DNA of 49,164 nt, taken from contig CAUCIO010000001.1 in assembly GCA_958442925.1 (NCBI GenBank), forward strand, positions 1 through 49,164. The letters are read 5' to 3'. Shown one piece after another: positions 38,189 to 46,863 of this stretch. How positions within the stretch are numbered: the first letter of the stretch is position 1; the number at the start of each line of letters is the position of its first letter. The translations under genes were made by a program, and so were the position numbers. The notes under the pieces are model-generated. The model saw only the letters and a list, made by a program, of their open reading frames with translations, searched no databases and was not told the origin of the DNA. The DNA is from an uncultured Clostridium sp. (GTDB taxonomy: Bacteria; Bacillota; Clostridia; Lachnospirales; Lachnospiraceae).

Positions 38189-40723
38189 ATGAAAAAAATC
38201 AGTAAGAAAGTATGGATGATTATGATGGCTGTCATAGCGGCTGCAGCTTTGTCTGTGGCTGCTGTGACGGTTTTAAAGGACAAAAAGCAGGAGAACGCGG
38301 CATATACGCCTATTGAAGACGGAAATATTCCGGTTGCCTATATGGAAATGGGGGGAAGGCAGATGAACCGCCTTCACGGATTTCTGGAGGACAGGAGAGA
38401 GTGGGCGGATCGGGGAAACCTGACAGTGCTTCCGGATAATCGGAAACTGACAGTGGACTTCTACAACCTGGACAGCCGGATTACGGGAATTCAGTATGAG
38501 ATCCGCAGTATGGAAGACGAGAGCCTGATTGAGCGGACGATAGTTAAGGACTGGCATCAGGATGAAGGTGCGGCGGAGGCGGTGACGATTCTGCCGATTC
38601 AGAACTTAATTGACAAGGACGAGGAATATATTCTGACTCTTGCTATTGCCACAGAGCACCAGCCGGAGATTTATTACTATACCAGAATTGTCTGGACAGA
38701 CGATGCCTATGTAGAGCCGATGCTTCAGATGGCTGAGACATTTTCAGACAATACGTTTCATTATGAGAATGCTTCTGATCTGACTACCTATCTGGAGACA
38801 GACCCTGCGGCGGATAACAGTTCGCTGGGACGAGTGACTCTGAAAAACAGCTTTGATCAGATTACCTGGGGCAATCTTTCTCTGGAAAAAACCGGAAATG
38901 TGGAAATGGAGCTGAAGGAGCTTCAGGGCAATATGGCCACCCTCTGCCTGAACTATGTGGCTGCCAGTGTCCCCAAAGAGGAAACAGACTCAGAGGAAGC
39001 GGAAAAAGAGCAGAAAAGTCCGGAAAACAGGGAGTATTACGATATTACGGAAAGCTTTACTATGAGATGGAGCGCTCAGAGAATCTATATGATGGATTAT
39101 GAGAGAACCATGAATCAGATTTTTGACGGAAGTTCAGATCTGTATTCAGGAAAGAGGATTATGCTTGGAATCTCTGACGGCAGCGGTATTCAGGAACTGC
39201 GCTCTCCAAACGGCGGATACCAGGCCTTTGCAGTCAATAAGGAACTCTGGCTCTACAGCCGTGCAGACAATCAGAGCACCCGTGTGTTCAGCTTCCGCCA
39301 GAGCGAGACAGATGAGATGGCAAATCTTCAGGATTACGGAATTAAGCTTCTGTCTGCAGGCGATGATGGGACTGTCGATTTTCTTGTAAACGGCTATATG
39401 AGCCGGGGAAGCCATGAAGGCAGTGTAGGCGTTTCTCTGTGGCGGTATGAAAAGGGAACGAATACTCTGACAGAACGTCTGTATCTTCCTGCCAACGAAA
39501 GCAGCGAGGAACTGCTGATGGGCATGGATTCTTTAAGCTGTCTGAGCGGCAGCGGAACTTTGTATCTTCTCATGGGCAATACAGTTTACTCGGTGGATAC
39601 AGCTTCCCATCAGGCTAAGGCTCTGGCGGAAGGCATGACAGAGGAAAACTTTGCCGTAAGTCCGAGACAGGAACGGATTGCATGGCAGGACGGAGAGGAA
39701 CTGCATAACAGCTCCGCCGTTCACATCCTGGATCTGGAGACGGGAAAGGATGCCCAGATTAAAGCGCCTGAGGGAAGCAGTATCCGCCTTCTGGGCTTTG
39801 TGGGAGAAGATTTAGTTTACGGTCTGGCAGAGGAAAATTCCAGCGTAAAGGTAAACGGCCGTACAGTTCAGGGGCCGATGTACGCCCTGGAAATTGTGGG
39901 GAAGGATATGAATCTTCAGACAAGGTATGAAAAAGAAGGCGTTTATATTACAGATGTGGAGATTGAGGGCAGCCGGGTCCATCTGCAGAGAATGACCAGA
40001 GTTGGAGACAGTTATATGGCAGCCGGTGCAGATACTCTGGTCTGCAACGAGGAGGTGGAGGAAGATTCCATGGAAGGAATCGGATATCTGGCCTCTGAGG
40101 AACGGGGCCGGGTATATTTTGTGCAGCTGTCAGACTCTGTTTCCGGCAGCGTGGATATAAAGGTTCCGTCCAGGGCAGTGGCTGAGGAAAATAATACGGT
40201 AACTTTGGGACAGACAGATCGTTCCGGCAGGCGTCAGTATTACGCCTACAGCGGCGGCAGGCTGAGAGGCGTATTTGAAAGCTTTACGGACGCGGTATCG
40301 GCAGCTTACGATGGAATGGGAATTGTGACAGACGGGGATGGAAACATGTTCTGGTCCAGAGTAGGCCGGGCCGATATGATGACCATTCGAAACCCCGAGA
40401 GCCTTGTTCCTGATTTAGAGCGGTATCTGAAGGGCTTTGAGGAGGGCGATCAGGAAACCTCAGACGGAGGGGCAATCGTTGACGCAGGAGGCCTTTCCCT
40501 GAATCAGGTACTCTATTTCATCAGCCGCGGTTATCCGGTGGCAGCCTATACCGGCGATGGTTCCTATGCCGTTATCTATGGGTACGATTCCTATAATATT
40601 TCCTGCCTCTGGTATCCGGGAACCGAGCAGGCTTACACAGAGAAAATGGGCCTTAACGACGCGTCAGCCTGGTTTGAGGCCAACGGAGGAAATGGCTTTG
40701 TGGCGTTTCTGTTCGCAGATTAA
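38189..40723 (+). CDS. Large secreted or membrane-anchored hypothetical protein
   Basis: MKKISKK plus hydrophobic anchor; acidic beta-rich body; long uninterrupted ORF. Confidence 0.85.
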   Translation: MKKISKKVWMIMMAVIAAAALSVAAVTVLKDKKQENAAYTPIEDGNIPVAYMEMGGRQMNRLHGFLEDRREWADRGNLTVLPDNRKLTVDFYNLDSRITGIQYEIRSMEDESLIERTIVKDWHQDEGAAEAVTILPIQNLIDKDEEYILTLAIATEHQPEIYYYTRIVWTDDAYVEPMLQMAETFSDNTFHYENASDLTTYLETDPAADNSSLGRVTLKNSFDQITWGNLSLEKTGNVEMELKELQGNMATLCLNYVAASVPKEETDSEEAEKEQKSPENREYYDITESFTMRWSAQRIYMMDYERTMNQIFDGSSDLYSGKRIMLGISDGSGIQELRSPNGGYQAFAVNKELWLYSRADNQSTRVFSFRQSETDEMANLQDYGIKLLSAGDDGTVDFLVNGYMSRGSHEGSVGVSLWRYEKGTNTLTERLYLPANESSEELLMGMDSLSCLSGSGTLYLLMGNTVYSVDTASHQAKALAEGMTEENFAVSPRQERIAWQDGEELHNSSAVHILDLETGKDAQIKAPEGSSIRLLGFVGEDLVYGLAEENSSVKVNGRTVQGPMYALEIVGKDMNLQTRYEKEGVYITDVEIEGSRVHLQRMTRVGDSYMAAGADTLVCNEEVEEDSMEGIGYLASEERGRVYFVQLSDSVSGSVDIKVPSRAVAEENNTVTLGQTDRSGRRQYYAYSGGRLRGVFESFTDAVSAAYDGMGIVTDGDGNMFWSRVGRADMMTIRNPESLVPDLERYLKGFEEGDQETSDGGAIVDAGGLSLNQVLYFISRGYPVAAYTGDGSYAVIYGYDSYNISCLWYPGTEQAYTEKMGLNDASAWFEANGGNGFVAFLFAD

Positions 40724-40735
40724 TGGGTATTCATC

Positions 40736-40763
40736 TTTACAAATTCTGCTGATATGTTATAAT
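40736..40763 (+). promoter_or_regulatory. sigmaA promoter of murA
   Basis: TTTACA-N16-TATAAT with TGn extension. Confidence 0.65.
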
Positions 40764-40898
40764 CAGTTAATAAAAAGTTCATGTTCTCGCAGGAACAGCG
40801 ACAAAAAGCCATAAAAATGTAAGAGTTGGGACAGTCAGAGAGCATGGCGGACATGATCCGCCAGAGCTCTTCTCGCCAAATATAGATAGAGGTGCAAG

Positions 40899-42191
40899 AT
40901 GGAACAGTATATTATGAAAGGCGGCAATCCCCTGGTCGGTGAAGTCACCATCAGCGGAGCGAAAAATGCCGCTCTGGGAATATTAGCTGCATCAATTATG
41001 ACGGACGAAGAAGTTTTGATAGAGAACCTGCCGGATGTGCGGGATATCAATGTGCTGTTAGAGGCCATTGAAGAGATTGGGGCCAAGGTAGACCGCATTG
41101 ACCGCCACACAGCCAGGATTGACGCGAAACATATCAAAGAAGTAAGCGTGGATGACGAGTATATCCGCAAGATCCGCGCTTCCTATTATTTTATCGGCGC
41201 TCTTCTTGGAAAGTACAAGAGCGCGGAGGTTCCCCTTCCAGGCGGCTGCAATATTGGAAGCCGTCCGATTGATCAGCATATCAAGGGTTTTCGGGCTCTG
41301 GGAGCTGAGGTAGAGGTAAAGAGAGGAGCCGTAGTGGCTCATGCCATTGACCTGGTGGGAAGTCACATTTATCTGGACGTAGTCAGCGTAGGAGCTACGA
41401 TCAACGTGATGATGGCGGCGACTCTGGCAGAGGGAGAGACGATTATTGAAAATGCTGCCAAGGAGCCTCATGTAGTAGACGTAGCCAACTTCCTGAACAG
41501 TATGGGAGCCAATGTGAAGGGCGCCGGAACCGATATTATCCGTATTAAAGGCGTCAGAAAGCTTCATGGAACAGAATATTCCATTATCCCGGATCAGATT
41601 GAGGCCGGGACCTTTATGTGCGCCGCTGCCATTACCAGAGGCGATATTATGGTGCAGAATGTTATTCCGAAGCACTTGGAAGCCATTACTGCGAAGCTGA
41701 TTGAGATGGGCTGCGAGGTGACTGAGTTTGACGAAGCAGTCCGGGTAGTAGGTAAGCCGCGCCAGAAGCATATGGATATTAAGACTCTTCCATATCCTGG
41801 ATTTCCGACGGATATGCAGCCTCAGATTACAGTGACTCTGGCTCTGGCAGAGGGAACCAGCGTGGTGACAGAGAGCATTTTTGAGAATCGTTTTAAATAC
41901 GTAGATGAGCTGTCCCGCATGGGCTGCAATATTAAGGTAGAGGGAAATGTAGCGATTATTGACGGCGTAAGAGGCTTTACAGGAGCTACAGTCAATGCGC
42001 CGGATCTGCGGGCAGGAGCTGCCCTTGTTATTGCGGGCCTGGCCGCTGAGGGCTATACGGTAGTCGATGAGATTGGATACATACAGAGAGGGTATGAAAA
42101 CTTCGAGGAGAAGTTAAGAGGCCTGGGAGCTGTGATTGAGAAGGTGGATTCTGAGAAAGAGGCTCAGAAATTCAGGCTGAAAGTGGGCTGA
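40899..42191 (+). CDS. murA: UDP-N-acetylglucosamine 1-carboxyvinyltransferase
   Basis: SGAKNA, RAS, LPGGCNIGSRP (catalytic Cys kept), PGFPTDMQ, DLRAGA. Confidence 0.97.
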   Translation: MEQYIMKGGNPLVGEVTISGAKNAALGILAASIMTDEEVLIENLPDVRDINVLLEAIEEIGAKVDRIDRHTARIDAKHIKEVSVDDEYIRKIRASYYFIGALLGKYKSAEVPLPGGCNIGSRPIDQHIKGFRALGAEVEVKRGAVVAHAIDLVGSHIYLDVVSVGATINVMMAATLAEGETIIENAAKEPHVVDVANFLNSMGANVKGAGTDIIRIKGVRKLHGTEYSIIPDQIEAGTFMCAAAITRGDIMVQNVIPKHLEAITAKLIEMGCEVTEFDEAVRVVGKPRQKHMDIKTLPYPGFPTDMQPQITVTLALAEGTSVVTESIFENRFKYVDELSRMGCNIKVEGNVAIIDGVRGFTGATVNAPDLRAGAALVIAGLAAEGYTVVDEIGYIQRGYENFEEKLRGLGAVIEKVDSEKEAQKFRLKVG

Positions 42192-42199
42192 TATTTCTC

Positions 42200-42228
42200 T
42201 TGACAGGAGAGAGAGAATAGGATATCAT
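42200..42228 (+). promoter_or_regulatory. sigmaA promoter of metK
   Basis: TTGACA-N17-TATCAT. Confidence 0.75.
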
Positions 42229-42285
42229 ATCAATCGCAAGTAAAGAATGCAGGATCATTTAGATACAAGTAAATAATGTGCGTAA

Positions 42286-42410
42286 TATCCCTTATTCAGA
42301 GTGATGGAGATACAAAGGATCTGAGAAGTCACGGCAACCCCAGAAGAATGGAAGGTGCCAGCCTGAGCGAGGAACCGCAGACGCGCGGCAAATCGAGCAA
42401 TAAGAGGAAG
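42286..42410 (+). ncRNA. SAM-I (S-box) riboswitch
   Basis: CTTATTCAGAG..GGAG..GAA..CGGCAACC..AAGGTGCC..AATAAG with P1 TCCCTTATT/AATAAGAGGA, upstream of metK. Confidence 0.88.
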
Positions 42411-42426
42411 TGATAGAAAAGAAATC

Positions 42427-42454
42427 AAGTCCGTATTGCTGCGGACTTTTTTTT
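42427..42454 (+). terminator. SAM riboswitch terminator
   Basis: AAGTCCG-TATTGCTG-CGGACTT followed by a T run. Confidence 0.85.
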
Positions 42455-42548
42455 ACGATAAAAACAAAGTTTTTATCGTAAAAAAAAGTCATAAAGATGC
42501 GCACAAATGCGAAACAACATTGATTTACTACGAAGAAGGAGGAACAAC

Positions 42549-43739
42549 GTGGAGAAGTTACTTTTTACATCCGAGTCTGTTACTGAAGGCCATCCAGACA
42601 AAATGTGCGATCAGATTTCTGATGCCATTCTGGACGCTCTTATGGAGAAGGATCCAATGAGCCGTGTTGCCTGTGAGACGGCAGTTACCACAGGACTTGT
42701 CCTGGTTATGGGTGAGATTACAACCAACGCCTATGTAGATATTCAGAAAATTGTCAGAGAAACTGTTCGCGAGATTGGATACGACCGTGCGAAATATGGC
42801 TTTGACTGCGATACCTGCGGCGTGCTGACTGCTATTGATGAGCAATCTGCCGATATTGCCCTGGGTGTAGACAAGGCGTTAGAGGCAAAGGAAAATAAGA
42901 TGTCTGATGAGGAGATTGACGCGATTGGAGCCGGTGATCAGGGCATGATGTTCGGCTTTGCGGCCAATGAGACTGAGGAGTATATGCCTTATCCGATTTC
43001 TCTGGCTCACAAGCTGGCCAGAAGACTGACAGAGGTGAGAAAGAATGGAACCCTTTCCTACCTTCGTCCGGACGGAAAGACACAGGTAACTGTAGAGTAT
43101 GATGAGAATGGAAAGCCGTTCCGCTTAGATGCAGTGGTTCTCTCCACTCAGCATGACGAGAAGGTAACTCAGGAGCAGATTCACAAGGATATCAAGCGCT
43201 ATGTGTTTGATCCGATCCTCCCGGCTCATATGATTGATACAAATACAAAGTTCTTTATTAATCCCACAGGACGTTTCGTAATCGGAGGACCTCACGGAGA
43301 CAGCGGCCTTACAGGAAGAAAGATCATTGTAGACACCTACGGCGGATATGCCCGTCATGGCGGCGGCGCTTTCTCCGGAAAAGACTGCACCAAAGTAGAC
43401 CGTTCCGCAGCCTACGCAGCCCGCTATGTGGCTAAGAATATTGTAGCTGCAGGACTGGCTGACAAGTGCGAGATTCAGCTCTCCTACGCAATCGGAGTGG
43501 CTCATCCTACTTCTGTCATGGTAGATACTTTTGGCACAGGAAAGCTTTCTGATGAGAAGCTGGTGGAGATTGTGAGAGAGAACTTTGACCTTCGCCCGGC
43601 AGGTATCATTAAGATGCTTGACCTTCGCCGTCCGATTTACAAACAGACAGCAGCTTACGGCCATTTCGGAAGAAACGATCTGGATCTTCCATGGGAGAAG
43701 TTAGACCGTGTGGATACGCTGAAAGCATATTTAAAATAA
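42549..43739 (+). CDS. metK: S-adenosylmethionine synthetase
   Basis: [31 protein letters not shown] start after AAGGAGG. Confidence 0.98.
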   Translation: MEKLLFTSESVTEGHPDKMCDQISDAILDALMEKDPMSRVACETAVTTGLVLVMGEITTNAYVDIQKIVRETVREIGYDRAKYGFDCDTCGVLTAIDEQSADIALGVDKALEAKENKMSDEEIDAIGAGDQGMMFGFAANETEEYMPYPISLAHKLARRLTEVRKNGTLSYLRPDGKTQVTVEYDENGKPFRLDAVVLSTQHDEKVTQEQIHKDIKRYVFDPILPAHMIDTNTKFFINPTGRFVIGGPHGDSGLTGRKIIVDTYGGYARHGGGAFSGKDCTKVDRSAAYAARYVAKNIVAAGLADKCEIQLSYAIGVAHPTSVMVDTFGTGKLSDEKLVEIVRENFDLRPAGIIKMLDLRRPIYKQTAAYGHFGRNDLDLPWEKLDRVDTLKAYLK

Positions 43740-43753
43740 ATCGATTTTATTTG

Positions 43754-43815
43754 CAGTAAAAAGAGGTATTTTCCGGCAGAGCAAGTACATGACGGCGAAT
43801 GCCTCTTTTTTGCTG
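43754..43815 (+). terminator. metK terminator
   Basis: AAAAAGAGGTATT ... AATGCCTCTTTTT. Confidence 0.7.
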
Positions 43816-44028
43816 TGTGCCAAAGGAAAGAATATTTGAATAATTCGTGCTATTCTGAATAATAATTTTTAATATAAAATCAGAAGGGGTATTTTCGAAA
43901 AAGTTTGAAAATACCTTGAGTTTTATTGACAAAAGGTATATGATTTTGATATAGGAACGGATAGAAGGTATATACAGATACAGGAGCGTCGGCGGACCGG
44001 GGGAAGCAGGAAAAGTGCCGCTGTTTAT

Positions 44029-44487
44029 ATGCTGCCTGTGGATAAGATGGGGGTATCAGGTGTGAAACAGAACGTGTGCAAAAATCCGTCCCCAGACGAG
44101 CCTATGGCGTGTGAAGTTGAGAACAGCCAGAAAGAATCAGCCGGCGCGTATATTGTGGCGCGGGCGCTCTGCTACATTAAGGAAAATTACAGAAAGCATC
44201 TGACTCTGGCAGGGGTAGCGGAGCAGATTTTTGTAAGCCAGTGGCATTTGAGCAAGCTTTTGAACCGCCATACAGGGAAAAATTTTTCAGAGCTGTTAAA
44301 CCAGATAAGGATTGACGAGGCTGTCCGTCTGCTGGCTGATCCAACCAGGCGGGTGGGCGACATTGCTGTGGAGGTGGGGTTCTCCGATAGCGCTCATTTC
44401 TGCCATGTGTTTAAACGGCAGGTGGGTGTATCGGCAAGAGAGTACAGAGTCCGGATGGAGCAGGGGACGTGCGGCAGGGAAGTCTGA
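44029..44487 (+). CDS. AraC family HTH protein without an obvious sensor domain
   Basis: LTLAGVA...VSQWHLSKLL, RI..A..LL, IA.EVGFSD.AHF..VFK...GVS..EYR; start uncertain (44029, 44047 or 44062). Confidence 0.85.
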   Translation: MLPVDKMGVSGVKQNVCKNPSPDEPMACEVENSQKESAGAYIVARALCYIKENYRKHLTLAGVAEQIFVSQWHLSKLLNRHTGKNFSELLNQIRIDEAVRLLADPTRRVGDIAVEVGFSDSAHFCHVFKRQVGVSAREYRVRMEQGTCGREV

Positions 44488-44502
44488 GAAGAGGGACAGA
44501 AA

Positions 44503-44547
44503 TTTTAGATAACTTTTAGAAATGAGCTTCCGAAAATATGGTATACT
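44503..44547 (+). promoter_or_regulatory. Extended -10 promoter with an OmpR-type direct repeat
   Basis: TTTTAGA at 44503 and 44514 (11-bp period); TGGTATACT at 44539-44547; no canonical -35. Confidence 0.5.
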
Positions 44548-44578
44548 TTAATTAAAAATAAAGTATGCAGCGACAGTT

Positions 44579-44626
44579 AAAAATATGAGAAAACCATGCA
44601 GGCTGCGCAGGTTTTCTCATATTTTT
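44579..44626 (+). terminator. Terminator-like hairpin just upstream of the kinase RBS
   Basis: 17-bp perfect arms AAAAATATGAGAAAACC / GGTTTTCTCATATTTTT. Confidence 0.65.
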
Positions 44627-44644
44627 GTCAAAGGAGACAACAGT

Positions 44645-46135
44645 ATGAAGATTAAGACCCGTCTGGCTATCGCCTTTATTACGATTACCGTAGTTCCGAT
44701 TTTTCTGATTTATGGCGCGATTACGGCTCTGAGCAACTATCAGATCCGCTCCTTCCAGAAGACTTACGGACTCAGCGAGCAGGTAGATCTGCTGTCGGGC
44801 AATTCCATGCAGGTGTTTAACCGCCTGACGATTAATTCTCAGAAGAAGATTCGGGACGTAGCTATGAACGACCCGGATCGTCTGGAGGATCCGGAGTATC
44901 TGGCTAAGGTGAACGAGGCGCTGCGGGAGGAGTACTCCTTTCTGCTTGTGAGAAAGGGGCTGAATATCATTTTCTCTGGGGATCCGGAGGGAGAGAAGCT
45001 GTCCTCCCAGCTTCCTCCGTATGGGGAGGATAATTCCGACGTGCTGTCAGGCGGCTTTTATGTGGATGGGGAGGAGCAGCATCTGTTAAAACAGATTGAT
45101 TTTCAGTATGGCGACAGAAGTGGGGGAAGCGCCTTCATTGTGACAAATGTAGGAGAATACGTGCCGGAGATTAAATCCATGCTGAACGAGATGCTGCTTG
45201 TGGGGATCGCCATTATCTGCCTGACAGGCGGTATGCTGGTTATGTGGGTCTACCGGTCGATTCTGCGTCCCCTCCACGAGCTTCAGGAGGCCACGAAGAA
45301 GATTCGGGATGGAAATCTGGATTTTACTCTGGATGCGGAGAACGATGATGAGATAGGGATGCTCTGCCAGGATTTTGAGGAGATGCGTCTCAGACTGAAG
45401 GAGTCGGCGGAGGAGAAGATCCAGTACGATAAGGAAAGCAAGGAGCTGATCAGCAATATTTCCCACGATCTGAAGACGCCTATCACAGCTATCAAGGGCT
45501 ATGTGGAGGGCATTCAGGACGGAGTAGCTTCGTCACCGGAGAAGTTAAACAAGTATATCAGAACCATTTACAATAAGGCCAACGACATGGACAGGCTGAT
45601 TGACGAGCTGACTTTTTATTCGAAGATTGATACCAACCGAATTCCATATACCTTTTCCAAGATCAATGTAGCCGAGTATTTCTGGGACTGTGTGGAGGAG
45701 GTAGGCCTGGATATGGAGACCAGGGGAATTGAGCTGGGATATTTCAATTATGTGGATGAGGACGTTCTGATTATTGCAGACGCGGAGCAGATGAAACGTG
45801 TCATTAACAACATTATTGGAAATTCCCTGAAATATCTGGATAAAAAGAAGGGCATTATCAACCTTCGGATTACAGACGACGGAGATTTTATCCAGGTTAT
45901 TATCGAGGATAACGGAAAAGGGATTGCGGCGAAGGATCTGCCCTACATTTTCGACCGGTTCTACCGGACAGACTCCTCACGGAATTCTTCCAAGGGGGGA
46001 AGCGGCATTGGACTTTCCATTGTGAAAAAGATTATCGAGGACCACGGAGGCAGGATCTGGGCTTCCAGCAAGGAGGGAATCGGCACAGAGATTCATTTTG
46101 TGCTTAGAAAATACCAGGAGGTAATTCAGGAATGA
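44645..46135 (+). CDS. HAMP-domain sensor histidine kinase
   Basis: Two TM segments, HAMP, SHDLKTP, N box, DNGKGI, GSGIGL; ATG after AAGGAG. Confidence 0.95.
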   Translation: MKIKTRLAIAFITITVVPIFLIYGAITALSNYQIRSFQKTYGLSEQVDLLSGNSMQVFNRLTINSQKKIRDVAMNDPDRLEDPEYLAKVNEALREEYSFLLVRKGLNIIFSGDPEGEKLSSQLPPYGEDNSDVLSGGFYVDGEEQHLLKQIDFQYGDRSGGSAFIVTNVGEYVPEIKSMLNEMLLVGIAIICLTGGMLVMWVYRSILRPLHELQEATKKIRDGNLDFTLDAENDDEIGMLCQDFEEMRLRLKESAEEKIQYDKESKELISNISHDLKTPITAIKGYVEGIQDGVASSPEKLNKYIRTIYNKANDMDRLIDELTFYSKIDTNRIPYTFSKINVAEYFWDCVEEVGLDMETRGIELGYFNYVDEDVLIIADAEQMKRVINNIIGNSLKYLDKKKGIINLRITDDGDFIQVIIEDNGKGIAAKDLPYIFDRFYRTDSSRNSSKGGSGIGLSIVKKIIEDHGGRIWASSKEGIGTEIHFVLRKYQEVIQE

Positions 46136-46821
46136 GCAGAATTTTAATTGTTGAGGATGAAGAGGCTATCGCAGAGCTGGAGAAGGACTATCTGGAGCTG
46201 TCTGGTTTTGAGGTAGAGATAGAGAATAACGGTGAGACAGGACTTAAGAGAGCGCTGGAGGAGGAGTTCGATCTTCTGATTCTGGATCTGATGCTGCCTG
46301 GAGTCGATGGATTTGAGATCTGCCGGAAGGTCAGAGAGGCGAAGAATACGCCTATTATTATGGTTTCTGCCAAGAAGGACGACATCGACAAGATCCGTGG
46401 GCTGGGTCTGGGGGCAGACGACTATATTACAAAGCCATTCAGCCCCAGCGAGATGGTAGCCAGGGTAAAGGCCCACATGGCCCGCTATGAGAGGCTGATT
46501 GGAAGCGGAATGCCGGAGAATGAAATCATCGAGATCCGCGGTCTGAAGATTGACAAGACGGCCAGAAGAGTGTATGTGAACGGGGAGGAGAAGAACTTTA
46601 CCACCAAGGAGTTTGATCTTCTGGCTTTCCTGGCCCAGAACCCCAACCATGTATTTACCAAGGAGGAGCTGTTCAGCCGCATCTGGGATATGGAATCCCT
46701 GGGAGACATCGCTACGGTGACAGTTCACATTAAGAAAATCAGGGAAAAGATTGAGTTTAATACGGCCAAACCCCAGTATATTGAGACAATCTGGGGAGTG
46801 GGATACCGGTTTAAGGTCTGA
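46132..46821 (+). CDS. OmpR/PhoB family response regulator
   Basis: VEDE, LDLMLP, GADDYITKPF, IETIWGVGYRF. Confidence 0.96.
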   Translation: MSRILIVEDEEAIAELEKDYLELSGFEVEIENNGETGLKRALEEEFDLLILDLMLPGVDGFEICRKVREAKNTPIIMVSAKKDDIDKIRGLGLGADDYITKPFSPSEMVARVKAHMARYERLIGSGMPENEIIEIRGLKIDKTARRVYVNGEEKNFTTKEFDLLAFLAQNPNHVFTKEELFSRIWDMESLGDIATVTVHIKKIREKIEFNTAKPQYIETIWGVGYRFKV

Positions 46822-46863
46822 TTTCTGTATAGGACAGAACAAGAGGAGCATAAGAGGAACACG

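Noticed and set aside
40899..42191. Fosfomycin-resistant MurA variant
   Set aside because: The catalytic Cys in LPGGCNIG is retained, as in ordinary MurA.
42507..42548. N-terminal extension of MetK in the ORF track
   Set aside because: A strong RBS precedes GTG 42549; similar upstream extensions were trimmed for oppF, ntpI, the RraA gene, the GNAT and the kinase.
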